Below are positions 63,201 to 64,000 of a stretch of 64,000 bases of DNA, piece after piece. Below the pieces are notes generated by a model that was given only the letters and a program-made list of their open reading frames with translations, ran no database searches and was not told the origin of the DNA. Numbering within the stretch: the first letter of the stretch is position 1; the number at the start of each line of letters is the position of its first letter. Origin of the DNA: Marsupella aquatica (Eukaryota > Plantae > Marchantiophyta); the NCBI GenBank assembly GCA_973895155.1, contig OZ316899.1:5025241-5089240 (forward strand), given 5' to 3'. A program made the translations under genes and the position numbers.

Positions 63201-64000
63201 ACTCAATAAACTGGAGAAACTTTATCGGGAGACTCAGTTTTGATTTCACAAACATCAATGTTTGCTTCTACTCTCTCCGGTGATGGGTCAATTTTTGTAA
63301 CTAGAAAGTACACAAAACCACTTTTCAAGCTCCAATGTCGAACGCTATGGACACTCAAAGGCTCAATTTGTGCAGGACTCAAAATTGAATCCTCCCTCCT
63401 CCCGAGTACATCTTGGATGAATGGTCCCTCACATCCAAGTCGTTGACCTAGATAAGTTTCACTCACAATTTGGTCTCTAGTCAATGAAAAAACAGGAAGA
63501 AATATCACATCTCCAGTAGACTCCCGCACAATTCTGATTTGGGATGCCATTTGGAAAACATACATTGAGTGCAATGGAAATGTTGGACAATGTCACAAAA
63601 TGAAAGGGGTGTTCCTCAACCCTAAATTGGTAATCATTGTCCATTGAAACCTCGAACGACTCTCAGATTTTGAAACGGTAACAATCGTGGCATTAAATAT
63701 TTTGTCATTTGTTTTGTATCCGTTAGGATGTCCAATTGATACACAAAGACAAGTTAATTTAAAACTCTTTATATATTCCGTGGAAAAAACATACACTGGA
63801 TGCTAGCAAAGATCGCTACCAAAATTGTCACAGTATCTTAACCTAAATTATGCCTCACTAGAGATGAAGAATCTGCCAGTATTGATCCTACTCCTTCTGG
63901 TCAGGATCGGGACGGGACTTTGCCAAATTAGAAGACATCTCTTCGTCCGGGACACCAGTTGCTCGACGGTATATGTCTTGGGTGAAACCATGCTCCCTCC

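Larger units (their letters stand above)
51270..63550 (-). pseudogene. Second, diverged MULE-type (GCM-like + DDE + SWIM) transposase gene, interrupted by a chromovirus and a solo LTR
   Basis: Collinear with 3434-7200: MASQIRIVRESTGDV, CLPKDYNGDSIFELPP, MSRLAMHVGYHVHP, WVSFDVM, FMADNV, DAFHFFQ, NCTGLESVH, SRGT|GPTIFELAF, QDSHRHD and SWIM CSCDDF...PCKHLYWV. Confidence 0.85.

Overview
This is eukaryotic DNA, very probably from a land plant and plausibly a bryophyte or other seed-free lineage (inference from intron style, CCCTAAA motifs and TE content). It holds one intact host gene, a 7-exon RGGA/SERBP1-like RNA-binding protein gene (12482-14744, minus). The rest is largely a nested transposon field. 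It comprises two diverged copies of a Mutator-like (WRKY/GCM-type Zn finger + DDE + SWIM) element, a Copia relic, a PIF/Harbinger relic, three CACTA elements with TIRs and 3-bp TSDs, a split Gypsy relic, a solo LTR, a near full-length chromovirus and two MITEs. The most interesting signal is that the DNA transposons carry chromatin-related accessory modules. (i) One CACTA has an intact SET-domain exon inside the first intron of its transposase gene, which can share the transposase's first exon by alternative splicing. (ii) Another CACTA carries a cassette of EDM2-type PHD, tandem-BRCT and F-box pseudogenes. (iii) The Mutator-like element pairs its transposase head-to-head with a ParB-like DGNHR-motif gene and places a 15-bp palindrome (TAGCGCCwGGCGCTA) only in non-coding parts. 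All domain calls come from motif recognition by eye; no searches were run.
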